Part shown: positions 12,827-25,089 of the stretch, piece by piece | Position numbering within the stretch: position 1 is the first letter of the stretch | Layout: each line of letters begins with the position of its first letter | Assembly (NCBI RefSeq): GCF_006345805.1 | Contig: NC_043022.1 | Location: forward strand, 12,152,001-12,216,000 | Length of the DNA stretch: 64,000 bases | Direction of reading: 5' to 3' | Source: Octopus sinensis | Taxonomy: Eukaryota | The notes under the pieces: model-generated | Databases searched by the model: none | The model's input: the letters and a program-made list of their open reading frames with translations, nothing else | Told to the model about the DNA's origin: nothing | Program-made: the position numbers and the translations under genes

Positions 12827-14095
12827 CATATATACGACAGGCTTCTTTCAGTTTCCGTCTACCAAATCCACTCACAAGGCTATAGCAGAAGACACTTGCC
12901 CAAGATACCACACAGTGGGACTGAACCCAGAACCATGTAGTTGGTTAGTAAGCTACTTACCACACAGCCACGCCTGCGCCTATGATGTCATACTGTCACA
13001 TACAGTAAGATGTTATGCTAAATGTCACCCTGTTGGTTGTCACACCTAATTGTCCTGCTGTATTTGTCCATTCTTCACCTCACTTTTGAGTTCTGATCTC
13101 TCTTTCTGTCCCTCTCTCTTGTTCTTTTTTTTTTTTTGGTTTTTACCAGCCTCCGTGCTGTGGGCACGTAACAAACACCATCCGATCGTGGCCATTCGCC
13201 AGTCTCATCTGGCACCTGTGTCGGTGGCGCTTAAAAAACACCATCCGAGCGTGGCCGTCTGCCAGCCTCGTCTGGCACCTGTGTCGGTGCACATAAAAAC
13301 ACCATCCGAGCGTGGCCGTTCGCCAGCCTCGTCTGGCACCTGTGTCGGTGGCACATAAAATCACCCACTATACTCTCGGAGTGGTTGGCGTTAGGAAGGG
13401 CATCCAGCTGTAGAAACACTGCCAGATCTGACTGGCCTGGTGCAGCCTTCGGGCTCCCCAGACCCCAGTTGAACCGTCCAACCCATGCTAGCATGGAAGG
13501 CGGACGTTAAATGATGATGATGATCATCATCATCTTACTATGGATAAAATGAATTTGTAGTAGTAATGATGGTGGTGGTGGTGGTGGTGGTATTAAATTA
13601 AGTGTTGGAGGAATCTAGTGTAGGTAGGTATGTTAGCTACAAGTGATCCAAAGGAAATGTGGTAGCTATTAAAATTAATTAAAAATAAATCTAAATGTAA
13701 GGCAATTGCTTTTAGGAAAGGGAAAAAAAAAATGATTAATGTTTTAACTCAGGCTCTTGATCAAGACAGAGTAGAGAGAAAATTGCAAGCATTCCGTGTG
13801 TTGCTATGTAGGAGCCCTGGTAAGAATGAAGGAAGGAAGTGAGTGAGTGGTTAGGTATGTAGTTATTGGATAGTGGCAATGGTTAGTGGATGGTTAGGTA
13901 TGTGGTTTCTGGAGAGTGGAGATGATTACTGGGTAGGTGTGTTGTTTATTGAATATAGGAGAGTGGAAATAGATGGTTGCCAGATGAAGGCAGTTGGTAC
14001 ACAGGTATATGGTATCTGAGTGAAGATAGGTGATGGGCAAAATGTTGATCATATTTAAAAAAAAAAAAGACAAAACAGTAAGCCACAGTAAAGGT

Positions 14096-14127
<32 letters not shown>

Positions 14128-14483
14128 AATGTGGGTATCATAATTTCTGGCATGCAAGTTGAATTTTTTAGACCAAAATTTACAACCCAAAAAAGTTGGT
14201 TGACTTACACAGCAAGGCAACTTCAGAAGACCAACAGTTTCATGTGAAATGCAGCAAGATTTGGATAGATAATACTCTTTTCACTCTGTTACTTGTTTCA
14301 GTCATTTGACTGTGGCCATGCTGGAGCACCACCTTTGGTCGAGCAAATCGACCCCAGGTCTTATTCTTTGTAAGCTAGTACTTATTCTATCGGTCTCTTT
14401 TGCCGAACCGCTAAGTCATGGTGACATAAACACACCAGCATCGGTTGTCAAGCGATGTTTGGCAGGACAAACACAGACACACA

Positions 14484-14524
<41 letters not shown>

Positions 14525-17500
14525 CACACATACATATATATATATATACATACACATACATATACACGACGGGCTTCTTTCAGTTTCTGTCTACCAAATC
14601 CATTCACAAGGCTTTGGTCGGCCCAAGGCTATAGTAGAAGACACTTGCCCAAGGTGCCATGCAGTGGGAATGAACCTGGAACCATGTGGTTGGTAAGCAA
14701 GCTACTTACCACACAGCCACTAATGATGATGTTTGAATGTTTACTTGTTGACACTCTTTGCTGTGTCAAATTGTGTGCTGGATGTCTGGATGTCTGTGGG
14801 AGTGTTTGCACTTGTTGGGGAAAAAGAGAATTAAAAGAAATGCAAATGGTTGTTGATGCCCAAGGGAGAGGATGTGTCAATGTGAAAATAAATTTTTGTT
14901 GACGGAGAGGAAGAGAGACGGTGGTGTTGGAGTAATCTGAAAGCAGACAGATGTTAGTGGGAGTGGTCCTGGGGAGGCGGGCTTGTGAGTCGTGAGTTTA
15001 AGGAACACTGGGGATTCAAGTGCTCTCTGATGCAGTCTATCAAATGTCAGCCTGTTTCACCTCTGTACAAAACATTAAAGAGTTGACATTTAAATGCTGC
15101 TAATAAAAAAATTAAAAAGATAATGAAAAAGTAAGAATTGATAGAAGTAAATTGTAAAGTGGTCAGCAACATGGCAGGTAGACTTAGGATCACACAAAGT
15201 TATGTTGTTACGATGTTGAAAGGAGAGGTGTTATGATGAGGTGGAGTGGGCCATTTCAGGTTGGATGAGGCACCCAATTACTGCACTCTTCCCCTATGAA
15301 ACTTGAAGTAGCTCATGCAGAACTCTTCTTGTGTTCATCCTTCATCTTTTACTTGTTCCAGACATTGCATTGTGGCCATGGTGGAGCAACACCTGGAAGG
15401 GTTTTAGTTGAATGAATTGACTCTAGTACTTTATTTTTTCAAAAACCTGGCACTTGTTCTATTGGACGCTTTTTACCATACCACTGAGGTTACAGGGATG
15501 TGAATAAACCAACTCAGTTGTCAGGTGGTGGTGGCAACAAACACATACATAGACACACATGCACTGATATATATGTATAATGTGCTGCTCCGTGATTCAA
15601 TTATAAAAGTACTCCACCTGGTGAGAGATACATATTATTTATTTAAAGGACGTAATACATGTCTTTAAGTGTTATTAACAGTTTCATATATTGAGAAGTA
15701 TCTCAAATGTATTCTTCAGGCATAAACCACATAGAATGAACTGAAAAAAACAGATATGTATTGTGTTCTTTAAATAAATAAATATATATATTTATTTATT
15801 GGTTGGCGTTAGGAAGGGCATCCAGCTGTAGAAACATTGCCAGATAAGACCGGAGCCTGGTGCAGCCTTCTGGCTTCCCAGATCCCCGGTCGAACCGTCC
15901 AACCCATGCTAGCATGGAGAACGGACGTTAAACGATGATGATGATGATAATATATACACCCACTCACATTGATTTTGGTCATTAGTTCAGTAGCTTCTAG
16001 CATCTAATTGACTAGTAGAATACTATGAGAGAACATTCATATATTAATTAGTTAATTAATCAATTGATAATATTCCTTTCTTCCATAACAACATTGGAAC
16101 AATTTTGAAAAGATGACAAGTACTTCACAATTCCAGTTCTAGAAGTAACAAAAGATACGTCATTTAGTAAAAATACAAATCCATTCTTTTAATTTTATCT
16201 TATATATATATATATATATATATCATCATATCATCATCGATTAACGTCCGTTTTCCATGCTGGCATGGGTTGGATGGTTTGACTGAGGTCTGGAGAGCCA
16301 GCAGCTGCACCAGGCTCCAATCTGGTCTGGCAAGTTTCTACAGCTGGATGCCCTTCCTAACGCCAACCACTCCAAGAGTGTAGTGAGTACTTTTTACATG
16401 CCACCAGCACAGCGGCCAGTAAGGTGGAACTGGCATCGACCACATTCAGTTGATGCTTTTTGTGTGCCATTGGCACGGGAGCCGGTCAGGCGGCATCGGC
16501 CCCAGCTACAATATTGGTTTTACTTGATTTAACAGGTCTTCTCAAGCATATCATATCACCCGATGCATCAGGAGTATTCTTAACAGTATTCTTAATATGC
16601 ATGGCTGCGATCTCACTTTAGTTATCAGGTCTTCTCAATCACAGTATATCTCCAGCGGTACCAGAGGTAATGGTCTCCTGTCATTGCCTCTGTGTGGCCC
16701 AGTGTTTGAAGGTCATGCTTCACCACCTCATCCCATGTCTTCCTGGGTCTACCGCTTCCACAGGTACCTTCTACAGTTAGGGAGTGGCACTTCCTCACAC
16801 GGCTGTCTTCATTCATGGCCATACCAGTGCATTTGATGCTTCTTATGCCCAACTTTTCTCTCAGGGCATTTACACTCTGTCGTGTATGCACATTGACATT
16901 ACACATCCAGCAGAGCACACTAGCCTCATTTCTTTCAAGCCTACGCATGTCCTCAGCATTCATGGCCAACGTTTCACTGCCGTGTAGCATGGAAGTTCGT
17001 ATACATCATACAGTCTACATTTCACTCTGAGCGAGAGACCCTTAGTTACCAGCAGAGGTAGGAGCTCCCTGAACTTTGCCCAGGCTATTCTTACTCTAGT
17101 CGCTACACTCTCAGAGCAACCACCCCCACTACAGACTTGGTTGCCTAGGTAGCAGAAGCTATCAACTACTTCTAGTTGCTTCCCCTGCATGTGATGGAAT
17201 CTGTTTTCTGTACGTTTTCAGTGTTTATTGCCAGCGTAGGAGTGGCTGTGTGGTAAGTAGTTTGCTTACTAACCACATGGTTCCAGGTACAGTCCCACTG
17301 CGTGGCACCTTGGGCAACTGTCCTCTACTATAGCCTCGGGCCGTCCAAAGCCTTCTGAATGGATTTGGTAGACGGAAACTGAAAGAAGCTTGTGTATGTA
17401 TGTATATATATATGTGGTCCCCCCCACTCTCTCTTGACAACCGATGTTGGTGTGAATCATTACTGGCGACAAAAAATGGTGCCTGTACATCAATATGAAG

Positions 17501-19219
17501 CAGTGTAAGAAATGGCTTAACCCCGGTAAACAAGCGACGCCACGCATGAAACAAGATCTTTGCATAAAATGATGTTGTGCATATGGTGGGACTGGGAATG
17601 GATTGTCCATTATGAATTGCTTGAACGGAACCAAATGGTCAACGCGGTTCTCTATGTTCAACAGATGGAACGTCTCAACACAGCTATTCAAGAAAAAAGA
17701 CCTAATCGGCAGCATGGAGTTCTTCTGCTAACGCCCACCCTCATATCGCCAATATGACCAAGGAAACCATTTAAGCACATGGCTGGGAAGTGCTGCCACA
17801 CCCGCCATACTCTCCTGATTTGGCACCAACGGATTTCCACCTCTTCTGATCTCTTTCAAATGCTATGCGCGGAGTTTCATTCAATACTGATGCAGAATTG
17901 AGAGCTTGGTTGGATCAATTTTTCAAATCAAAATCGGGTGATTTCTACCAACGAGGTATTACAAATCTTGTTGAACGTTGGGAAGAAGTTGTAAACAACA
18001 AGAGTGAATACATTATTGATTAATTAGTTGTTATTTTTTACTAAACCTTTTAAAAAATTTAAATAAAAAAAAAAAAAACGGCGGGAACTTAGTTGCCAAC
18101 CCAATATATAGTAGTGTGTGTGTGTGTGTGTGTGTGTGCGTACATACATACACACATGCATTAATATGTGTATGTGTGCATAATATATTGAAAGGTCATT
18201 ACAGAATGTTTCTTATCTTTTTCAGTGTTCGTCTGATTTCTGTAGCAGCCCAAAAATTTGTGTCCGATGTTGTCAACGATGCCCTCCAGCACTGCAAAAT
18301 GAGAGCTTCAGGTCAGAGTTCAAAGAAACAAGGAAAGGTAAATCCTGTCTGTTTGTCGTTTGTAAGAGCATGGCTTACATATATTAAAGTAAAGGACTCA
18401 ATCCTTTGGAAGTAGTGCGTTGTCTGCATTATATACTGAGGTTATAGTAGAAGAGACCTGCTCAAGGTATCATGTAGTAGGATTGAACCTGGAACCATGT
18501 GGTTGGATAGCAAACTTCTTACCACACAGCTATACCTGTGCTGGTGTTAATTAACAGAACACTCATTAGTATTTTTAATTGACATTTTGATTTAAACATG
18601 AACATTTTAGTAGGGGTAGTCAGATGTGGAGTGATATTTGGCTGGGTAAACAGCACCATTTGAGCGTGGCTGTTGCCAGTGCCGCCTGACTGGCTCCCAT
18701 GCCGGTGGCACATAAAAAGCACCATTCGAGTGTGGGTCATTGCCAGTGTCGCCTGACTTGCTCCCGTGCTGGTGACATGTAAAAAGCACCATTCGAGTGT
18801 GGGTCATTGCCAGTGCCGCCTGACTGGCTCCCATGCCAATGGGACATAAAAAGCACCATTTGAGCATGGGTTGTTGCCAGTGCCGCCTGATTGGCTCCCA
18901 TGCTGGGGCATATAAAAAGCACCATTTGAGCCTGGTCAATGCCAGTACTGCCAGTCCTCAGTCAAACCATCCAACCCATGCCAGCATGGAAAACGGACAT
19001 TAAACGATGATGATGATGTGATTATCAGGTAAATTATTCGTTTTTGTTGTATCTTGAAACTGAGATAAGGTTTTTATTTATATTTTATGAGTTTTTTTTT
19101 TCTCTTTTTTTTTTCCCAATGTTTTCCAGGATAAACGTTATGCCTTGTCCATGGATGACCTCGTGCCGGCCCTTGCAGAATATGGAATTAACGTGAAGAA
19201 ACCCATTTATTTTGTGTAA
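2745..19219 (+). CDS. TAF10: Transcription initiation factor TFIID subunit 10, spliced, 137 aa
   Basis: Exons 2745-2891, 6085-6149, 18226-18337, 19130-19219 join in frame with GT-AG sites: ...[63 protein letters not shown]...[31 protein letters not shown]. Confidence 0.97.
2920..3340. repeat. (CT)n followed by compound (TA/TG)n microsatellite
   Basis: Directly visible; source of the YIYI/VCVC ORFs. Confidence 0.95.
3690..4995 (+). repeat. SINE with internal 100-bp tandem array (about 12 units) and intact RTE-like tail
   Basis: cgttggtgccacg recurs at 3801, 3901 ... 4401, 4500, 4597, 4697, 4797; ends in ccatgccagcatgg...(GAT)n tail. Confidence 0.95.
5686..6010 (+). mobile_element. tRNA-derived SINE family A (head GGCGCAGGAGTGGCTGTGTGGTAAG, internal microsatellite); further copies about 12562-12982(-), 14274-14720(-), 17236-17453(+), 19840-20238(+), 46551-46950(+), 48801-49195(+), 59935-60120(-), 63162-63524(+)
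   Basis: Near-identical roughly 400-bp copies with A/B-box-like head and common tail cagtcaaatgactgaaacaagtaaaaga. Confidence 0.9.
6085..6149 (+). CDS. TAF10: TAF10 coding exon 2
   Basis: cacag/ATC...CGA AT/gtgagt; [21 protein letters not shown]. Confidence 0.97.
6406..6812. mobile_element. Tc1/mariner-type MITE containing a nested minus-strand tRNA-SINE (about 6480-6715)
   Basis: TIRs CAGGGTGATTCAAAAGTC / GACTTTTGAATCACCCTG, left TA flank; right flank replaced by another SINE. Confidence 0.8.
6813..7115 (+). mobile_element. RTE-tailed SINE family C (variable about 60-bp internal subrepeats, palindrome CCATGCTAGCATGG, (GAT)n tail); many copies e.g. 7230-7660(-), 10020-10355(-), 13150-13535, 15800-15950, 16225-16560(-), 18650-19020, 30330-30520, 31305-31680(-), 37440-37635, 43880-43980, 51890-52140, 52390-52650, 60150-60475(-), 62400-62545
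   Basis: Shared block gttggcgttaggaagggcatccagctgtagaaac...ccatgctagcatggaaa.cggacgttaaacgatgatgatg; strand is given relative to tail orientation. Confidence 0.9.
9573..9805 (+). mobile_element. tRNA-derived SINE family B (AAGGCGGCGAGCTGGCAG head); copies 11187-11419, 23844-24070, 25650-25881, 32050-32190(-), 33075-33264, 48121-48333, 49885-50020, 59210-59330(-), 63955-64000
   Basis: About 230-bp copies, several with clear 13-16 bp TSDs (ggtataggtagtgtat at 11171/11420; attaaatacccac at 33062/33265; gacattctaacct at 48107/48334). Confidence 0.92.
11711..11930 (+). mobile_element. piggyBac-type MITE
   Basis: TTAA-CCCTTTTGTTAC...GTAACGAAAGGG-TTAA; same family as 38229-38449 and 38882-39102. 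Confidence 0.88.
16600..17225 (-). mobile_element. RTE-clade LINE 3' fragment (post-RT C-terminus)
   Basis: [24 protein letters not shown]..., [21 protein letters not shown]..., [15 protein letters not shown]; frameshifted. Confidence 0.88.
17454..18106 (+). mobile_element. Mariner transposon 3' half (decayed DD34D transposase plus right TIR)
   Basis: [10 protein letters not shown]..., [39 protein letters not shown]; stops and frameshifts; ends aacttagttgccaacccaata-ta. Confidence 0.93.
18226..18337 (+). CDS. TAF10: TAF10 coding exon 3
   Basis: ttcag/T GTT CGT...GGA AAG/gtaaat. Confidence 0.97.
19130..19219 (+). CDS. TAF10: TAF10 last coding exon
   Basis: ttccag/GAT AAA CGT...TTT GTG TAA. 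Confidence 0.97.
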   Translation, partial: DKRYALSMDDLVPALAEYGINVKKPIYFV

Positions 19220-20237
19220 CTTTGTATTTAAAAAAAAAAAAAAAAAAAGCGTAACCATGAACCCCTTCTTTTTTCCCCCTCTTCATCGTCACATCCTCGT
19301 CACCGACATCATCGACAACATCATCATCACTGACAACAGCAACAATAAATACTACCCACTACTACAAAGACCACCACCACTGACACCACCACCGCCACCA
19401 CCACCACCATCATCACATCATTCTTTCATTTTAACAGTGGTTTAGATTTTTTTCTTTTTTTTTTCCCAAATTTCGGTCAGCCCCCTTCCCACATCCTCTC
19501 CCTAATTGCTGAACAGCAACAACAGGAACAATAATATTGAGTAAAACACACTGGGTGAATAGAAACTGTATGGAAGCCCAACACATAGATTGAACATGTG
19601 CATGGACTGTTCACTCCATCCACTGCCCTGTTTACCACCGTCACCACCATTGCCACCACTCCTTGGGCTTTGGGTGCCTCCAGCAAAGTCCAATCAGCTA
19701 CAGGTGTTTTGCGGTCCTCCAGGTGTTCATTATGAGGACTGTTCTACTACTTCCTACGTGAGATGTGGTTTCCTCAAACTATATAATATATATACACACA
19801 CACACACATACATATATGCATACATACATACATATATATAGGCGTAGGGGTGGCTGTGTGGTAAGTAGCTTGTTTACCAACCACATGGTTCCGGGTTCAG
19901 TCCCACTGTGTGGCACCTTGGGCAAGTGTCTTCTGTTATAGCCTCAAGCCGACCAAAGCCTCGTGAGTGGATTTGGTAGATGGAAACTGAAAGAAGCCCG
20001 TCGTATATACGTATATATGTGTGTGTGTGTGTGTGTTTGTGTGTCTGTGTTTGTTACCCCCAACATCGCTTGACAACCGATGCTGGTGTGTTTACGTCCC
20101 TGTAACTTAGCGGTTCGGCAAAAGAGACCGATAGAATAAGTACTAGGCTTACAAAGAATAAGTCCTGGAGTCAATTTGCTTGACTAAAGGCGGTGCTCCA
20201 GCATGGCCACAGCCAAATGACTGAAACAAGTGAAAGA

Positions 20238-20270
<33 letters not shown>

Positions 20271-20819
20271 TAGATAGATAGATACACACACACACATATA
20301 TATACATGCATACACACACATAAATACATATATATATATTTGTATGTATATTATATATATGTATGAATGGTTACTAATTAGACACTACAATAGTAATTAG
20401 TTTAATACCTTGAACGAAGAGACACAGTTCAGTTTATTATGTTGGTGGTGGTGTAGGTGAGAAGTAGGGTGTGTGTGTGTGGATTCTTGTGCTGGTGGGA
20501 AATGCGAGATAGGGTGTGTCTGATTATGTATGTGCAGGTGTGGTGTGTGTGGAGGGTTCTAATTGTGATGGTGGTGGTGGTGGTGTTGGTGGTGGTCTGT
20601 TGAAGAACTGGCAGTAATTAATGACATTGGTGGTCCCATAGAGAATTAATTACCTAACAGCATCGAGATATTTGCATTAGTTGAGGAACAGCTACAACGA
20701 TATCAATAATGATAATAATAATAATAATAATAATAATAGCAGCAACAGCAAAACTGACAACAACAAAACAATATATGTATGAATTGATTCATTTAACAAT
20801 TGTTAAAAAAAATCTCATT

Positions 20820-20829
20820 AATAAATAAA
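20820..20829 (+). terminator. Candidate TAF10 polyadenylation signal (overlapping AATAAA; alternative at 19344-19349)
   Basis: AATAAATAAA followed by T-rich tract at about 20850-20870. Confidence 0.3.
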
Positions 20830-21748
20830 GATGATAATAATCCTAATATTGATTGTTTTTTGTTTTTTTTTACACTTGTAATTGAAAATATATAATGTCC
20901 TTTTCCAGTGCATTAAGCAAGAGATAAATATCTGTTAATAAACACAACACTTGTATGTGAGCTATTGTAAGTCTGATGATCAGATAGTACAGTAAGTCGT
21001 CGGACGAGTGTGTATAGCGTGGCATACTATGTAAGCTTGTCAGGTGATTGTGCTGTTGTAACATGAAACTTAAAGTAGCTCACATAAAAATCTCGTGTTT
21101 ATTAAATGATGTGTACAAGTGCAGCAGGTATTGCTCTGTGGTACGGATTTGCTTTCCAGTCACTTTAGGCCTTGTGGATGGATTTGGTAGTTAGAAACTG
21201 AAGGAAACCATTGTATGTACACACACACACATCTGTGTTGAAAACTGTACAAAAGACAGACAGGTAAGGTACAACAAACAAAGCATATTAGTTTGGTGCT
21301 TGGTAAAAATGGATGAGTCTTTGATATTTCAAGCGTATGCTCTTCTGCAGGAAGGAACGAGGAGAGGAAAACAGATGGAGAGAAGACAGATGTATCTGGA
21401 TTAATGGTTGCACATGTGTGTGTGTGTGTGTGTTTGTCCCTTACCACCGTTTGACAAAGAATGATGATTTGTTTATGTCTCTATAACTTAGAGGTTCAGC
21501 AAAAGATACTGATAGAATAAATACTAGGCTTTAATAAAAAAAAAAATACTGGGGTGAATTTCGACTGATGCCCTCCCACTGGCTAGGTGAGCAGGCCCAA
21601 CATCCCCTTTGATTGGAAGGTGATTCCATCGCAGAATCACCGATCTGCAGCTGAATGGAGAGGAGCAATATGAAATTAAGTGTTTTTCTCATGAACACAA
21701 CACCCAGCCTGGTTTAGGAAATGCTCCAGCATTCTTTCGATGGCATGG

Positions 21749-21805
21749 TAACTGAAGAGATACCGACGTGGGTTTCCACCTCAGCATCCGAAACTTGGAA
21801 TCTTA
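21749..21805 (+). other. Hammerhead-like motif, long-stem-II family (copies 24120-24178 minus, 36730-36788 minus)
   Basis: UAA-CUGAAGA-GAU..GUGG GUUU CCAC..AUC-C-GAAA-CUUGGAA-UC-UUA. Confidence 0.5.
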
Positions 21806-22018
21806 TGAATTCTCGATCAGCATTTTTGGGATGATTCATGTCCCTGTTCGCATAAATGTTTTCACTCCTATGTTAACTACAGCCTTAGAGCCTCTTAGCT
21901 TCTATTTCTAGCAATGTAGGTGTTTCTGAACAGCCCAGTCACATTTAGTGACAATTATCATTCTCTCTTTTGGTGAAACATTACAACCTGCTGTTTATAT
22001 TAATTCTAAATATATGTA

Positions 22019-22417
22019 TATACTAGCAGTATCGCCCGGCGTTGCTCGGGTTTGTAAGGGAAATAACTATATAAGCATTTTTAGAGATGTAAAGTATAAT
22101 AGCCATCTCAATATGGTTAACCACAAAGGGGGGTGTTACTGTAGCTTTTTACGTTCTGAGATTTAATAATACATTTTTAGAGAGTTACTTCCCTTATATA
22201 ATAGCAAAAAAAATGCATTAAAAAATGGGAAAAAATTATGGTAAATTTTTTTTTAAATCGTAGACTCATCGTAGACGTGCACTAATACCCAGAAGGGCTC
22301 GATATGAATCACGACTATAAGATACCCGCTTTTGGTTACACTGCACCGCAAAATGTGGGAGTAAGGAATCTAAATCGTAGGAGACAGACACACAACTTCA
22401 CTTTTATATATAAAGAT
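22019..22417. mobile_element. Non-autonomous Helitron/Helentron-associated (HINE-like) element
   Basis: One end TATACTAGCAGTATCGCCCGGCGTTGCTCGGG (subterminal hairpin), other end cacttttatatataaagat, the typical termini pattern. Confidence 0.6.
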
Positions 22418-22767
22418 GTGTGTGTGTTGTGTGTGTATAAGAATTACATCATAGTAGGAAGAAACATTGCAGTCACTTAAGAACATTTTGTACTGTTGAA
22501 GTGGTCATAAATTTTGGCACACTTCTGTAAATCTGGTCGGTCTTTGACACAATTCCACTGAATGCGTTTGGTTTAAGTGTGCAGAAAGTTTTCGGCTCTT
22601 CAATATGGACTGTGTTATTTGTTATTAATAAATAAATTATGTGAAAGAAACAGTTTCCTCATGTGTTTGTAGATGGTTGAAATTATTTTTCCTTTCATTA
22701 TGCCATTATTTCATTCTCATTACACTCCATCTCGGATTAAGTGACTTGTGAAGACAGTAGTATGAAT

Positions 22768-22787
22768 ATATACATATATATATATAT

Positions 22788-22821
<34 letters not shown>

Positions 22822-23019
22822 CATATATATATACATATACATATATATATACATTACATATATATATACATATACATATATATATATATATATACATATA
22901 CATTATGATATATACATATAATATATACATTTATATATATAATAATACATATATATATGCATTTATATATATATATACATATATATATGCATTTATATAT
23001 TATATACATATATATATAC

Positions 23020-23052
<33 letters not shown>

Positions 23053-23368
23053 CATATATATATACATATATATATACATATATATATAATATATATTATA
23101 TATATATATACACATATATATATACATATATTATACATATATATATATACATATATACATATATATATACATATATACATATATATTTACATATATATCA
23201 TATATACATATATATATACATATATATATATATATACATATTATATATATATATATTATATACATATATATATATATATACACATATATATATATATATA
23301 TTATATATACAATATATATACTATATATATATATTATATATATATATAATAATATATATCTATATATA

Positions 23369-23418
<50 letters not shown>

Positions 23419-23569
23419 TACCTATATACTATATATATATACATATATACATAATATATATATATATATACATAATACATACATATATATATATATATAC
23501 ATATATACATACATATTATATATATATATACATATATACATACATATATATATATATATATATACATAT

Positions 23570-23610
<41 letters not shown>

Positions 23611-23843
23611 CCATACATATATATATATATATATATACATACATATATAATATACATACATATATATATATATATATACATACATAGATATATACATACA
23701 TATATATATATATATATACATACATAGATATATACATACATATATATATATATATTAACATACATATATATATACATACATATATATATATATACATATA
23801 TACATATATATACATACATATATACATACATATATATATATAT
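22768..23843. repeat. About 1.1 kb degenerate (TA)n/(TATACA)n microsatellite
   Basis: Directly visible. Confidence 0.97.
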
Positions 23844-24439
23844 AAGGCAAGCTGGAAGAATCGTTAGCACGCCGGGCGAAATGCTTAGTGGTATTTCGTC
23901 TGTCATTACGTTCTGAGTTCAAATTCTGCCGAGGTCGACTTTGCCTTTCATCCTCTTGGGGTTGATAAATAAAGTACCAGTTTCACACTGGGGTCGATGT
24001 AATCGACTTAATCCCTTTTTCTGTCCTTGTTTGTCCCCTCTATGTTTAACCCCTTGTGGGTAATAAAGAAATATATATATATATGTGTGTGTGTGTGTGA
24101 CAATTATTCAGTAGCTATGATAAAACTCCGAGTTTCAGATGTCGGGGTGGAAACCCACGCCACCATCTCTTCAGTTTTCCGGCCATCAAAAAATTGCTAT
24201 GAAAATTGGAAACCCATGCTGCCATCTCTTCAGTTATTTAGCCATCGAAAAAATGCTATGGAAATTTTCATAGCATATATTAAGATATGAGGGAAGAGAT
24301 TGGGGTAGAGCTGGTCCGTATAGTAGGGGAGCTACATGGCTACTCACATTTAGGAGAGTGTGTAGGGAAAGTTATAAGTATGTGGGAAGGAGGTTGGCGA
24401 TATTTGTAAGGGCTGAGGGTACACGAGTTAGGAAGGCTA

Positions 24440-24950
24440 AGGGATACTAGCAGTATGGTTGTAATGATACCATTGACAGGGCAAGAAACTCCGACGTCTG
24501 GTAGACACCCATAAAATTATCAACTATCTTACAAACAATAACTCTGAGCACCTCTTCAAACTCCACCCGTTTAACACCCGTGGACATATTTACAAAGTAA
24601 GAAAACAGCACAGCTCCCATGACTTCAGGAAACATCTTTTCACGCTGAGAGTTGCTGAAGCATGGAACAAACTGCCGGCATCAGTTGTTAGTTGTTGGAG
24701 CAGTGCATCCTTCAAAACTTCCATGCTTCCTGAGATTCGCCAACACTACACTTGATTTTCTCCCCTCCATACACACGCAAGCATGTATCTGACTCATACA
24801 TTGTTCGCTTTCCAGACATTTCTACATTACTCCATGTACTTTATATGCACTTTCTGACATTACTGCATGTACTTTATATGCACTTTCTGACAAGTTGTGG
24901 TGCATCTGAGCACTGTATACAATAATTTCATTATTATTATATTATTATAA
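24440..24950 (+). mobile_element. CR1-clade LINE 3' end; related copies 28590-28830(-), 46485-47240(-, SINE-interrupted), 47260-47810(-), 62620-63140(+)
   Basis: C-terminal ORF2 motif NTRGH.YK.RKQHSSHDFRKHFFTLRVAEAWNKLPASVV and (TTA)n tail. Confidence 0.88.
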
Positions 24951-25089
24951 GAGAGACAACCTAATTGGATATATATATATGTGTGTGTGTGTGTGTGTAC
25001 TCAAAATGTTTATTTATTCAATTGAAATTGGAAGAATTAAACTGTAAACAATATTTAAGGTGGCTGTTCTGAGAGGCATTTTAAACCAA

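Noticed and set aside
19228-19249. Poly(A) run just after the TAF10 stop suggesting a retrocopy
   Set aside because: Gene has introns; this is a genomic A-tract that could only cause internal oligo-dT priming
20972-21050. C/D snoRNA candidate (CTGATGA)
   Set aside because: No matching D box or terminal stem at suitable distance
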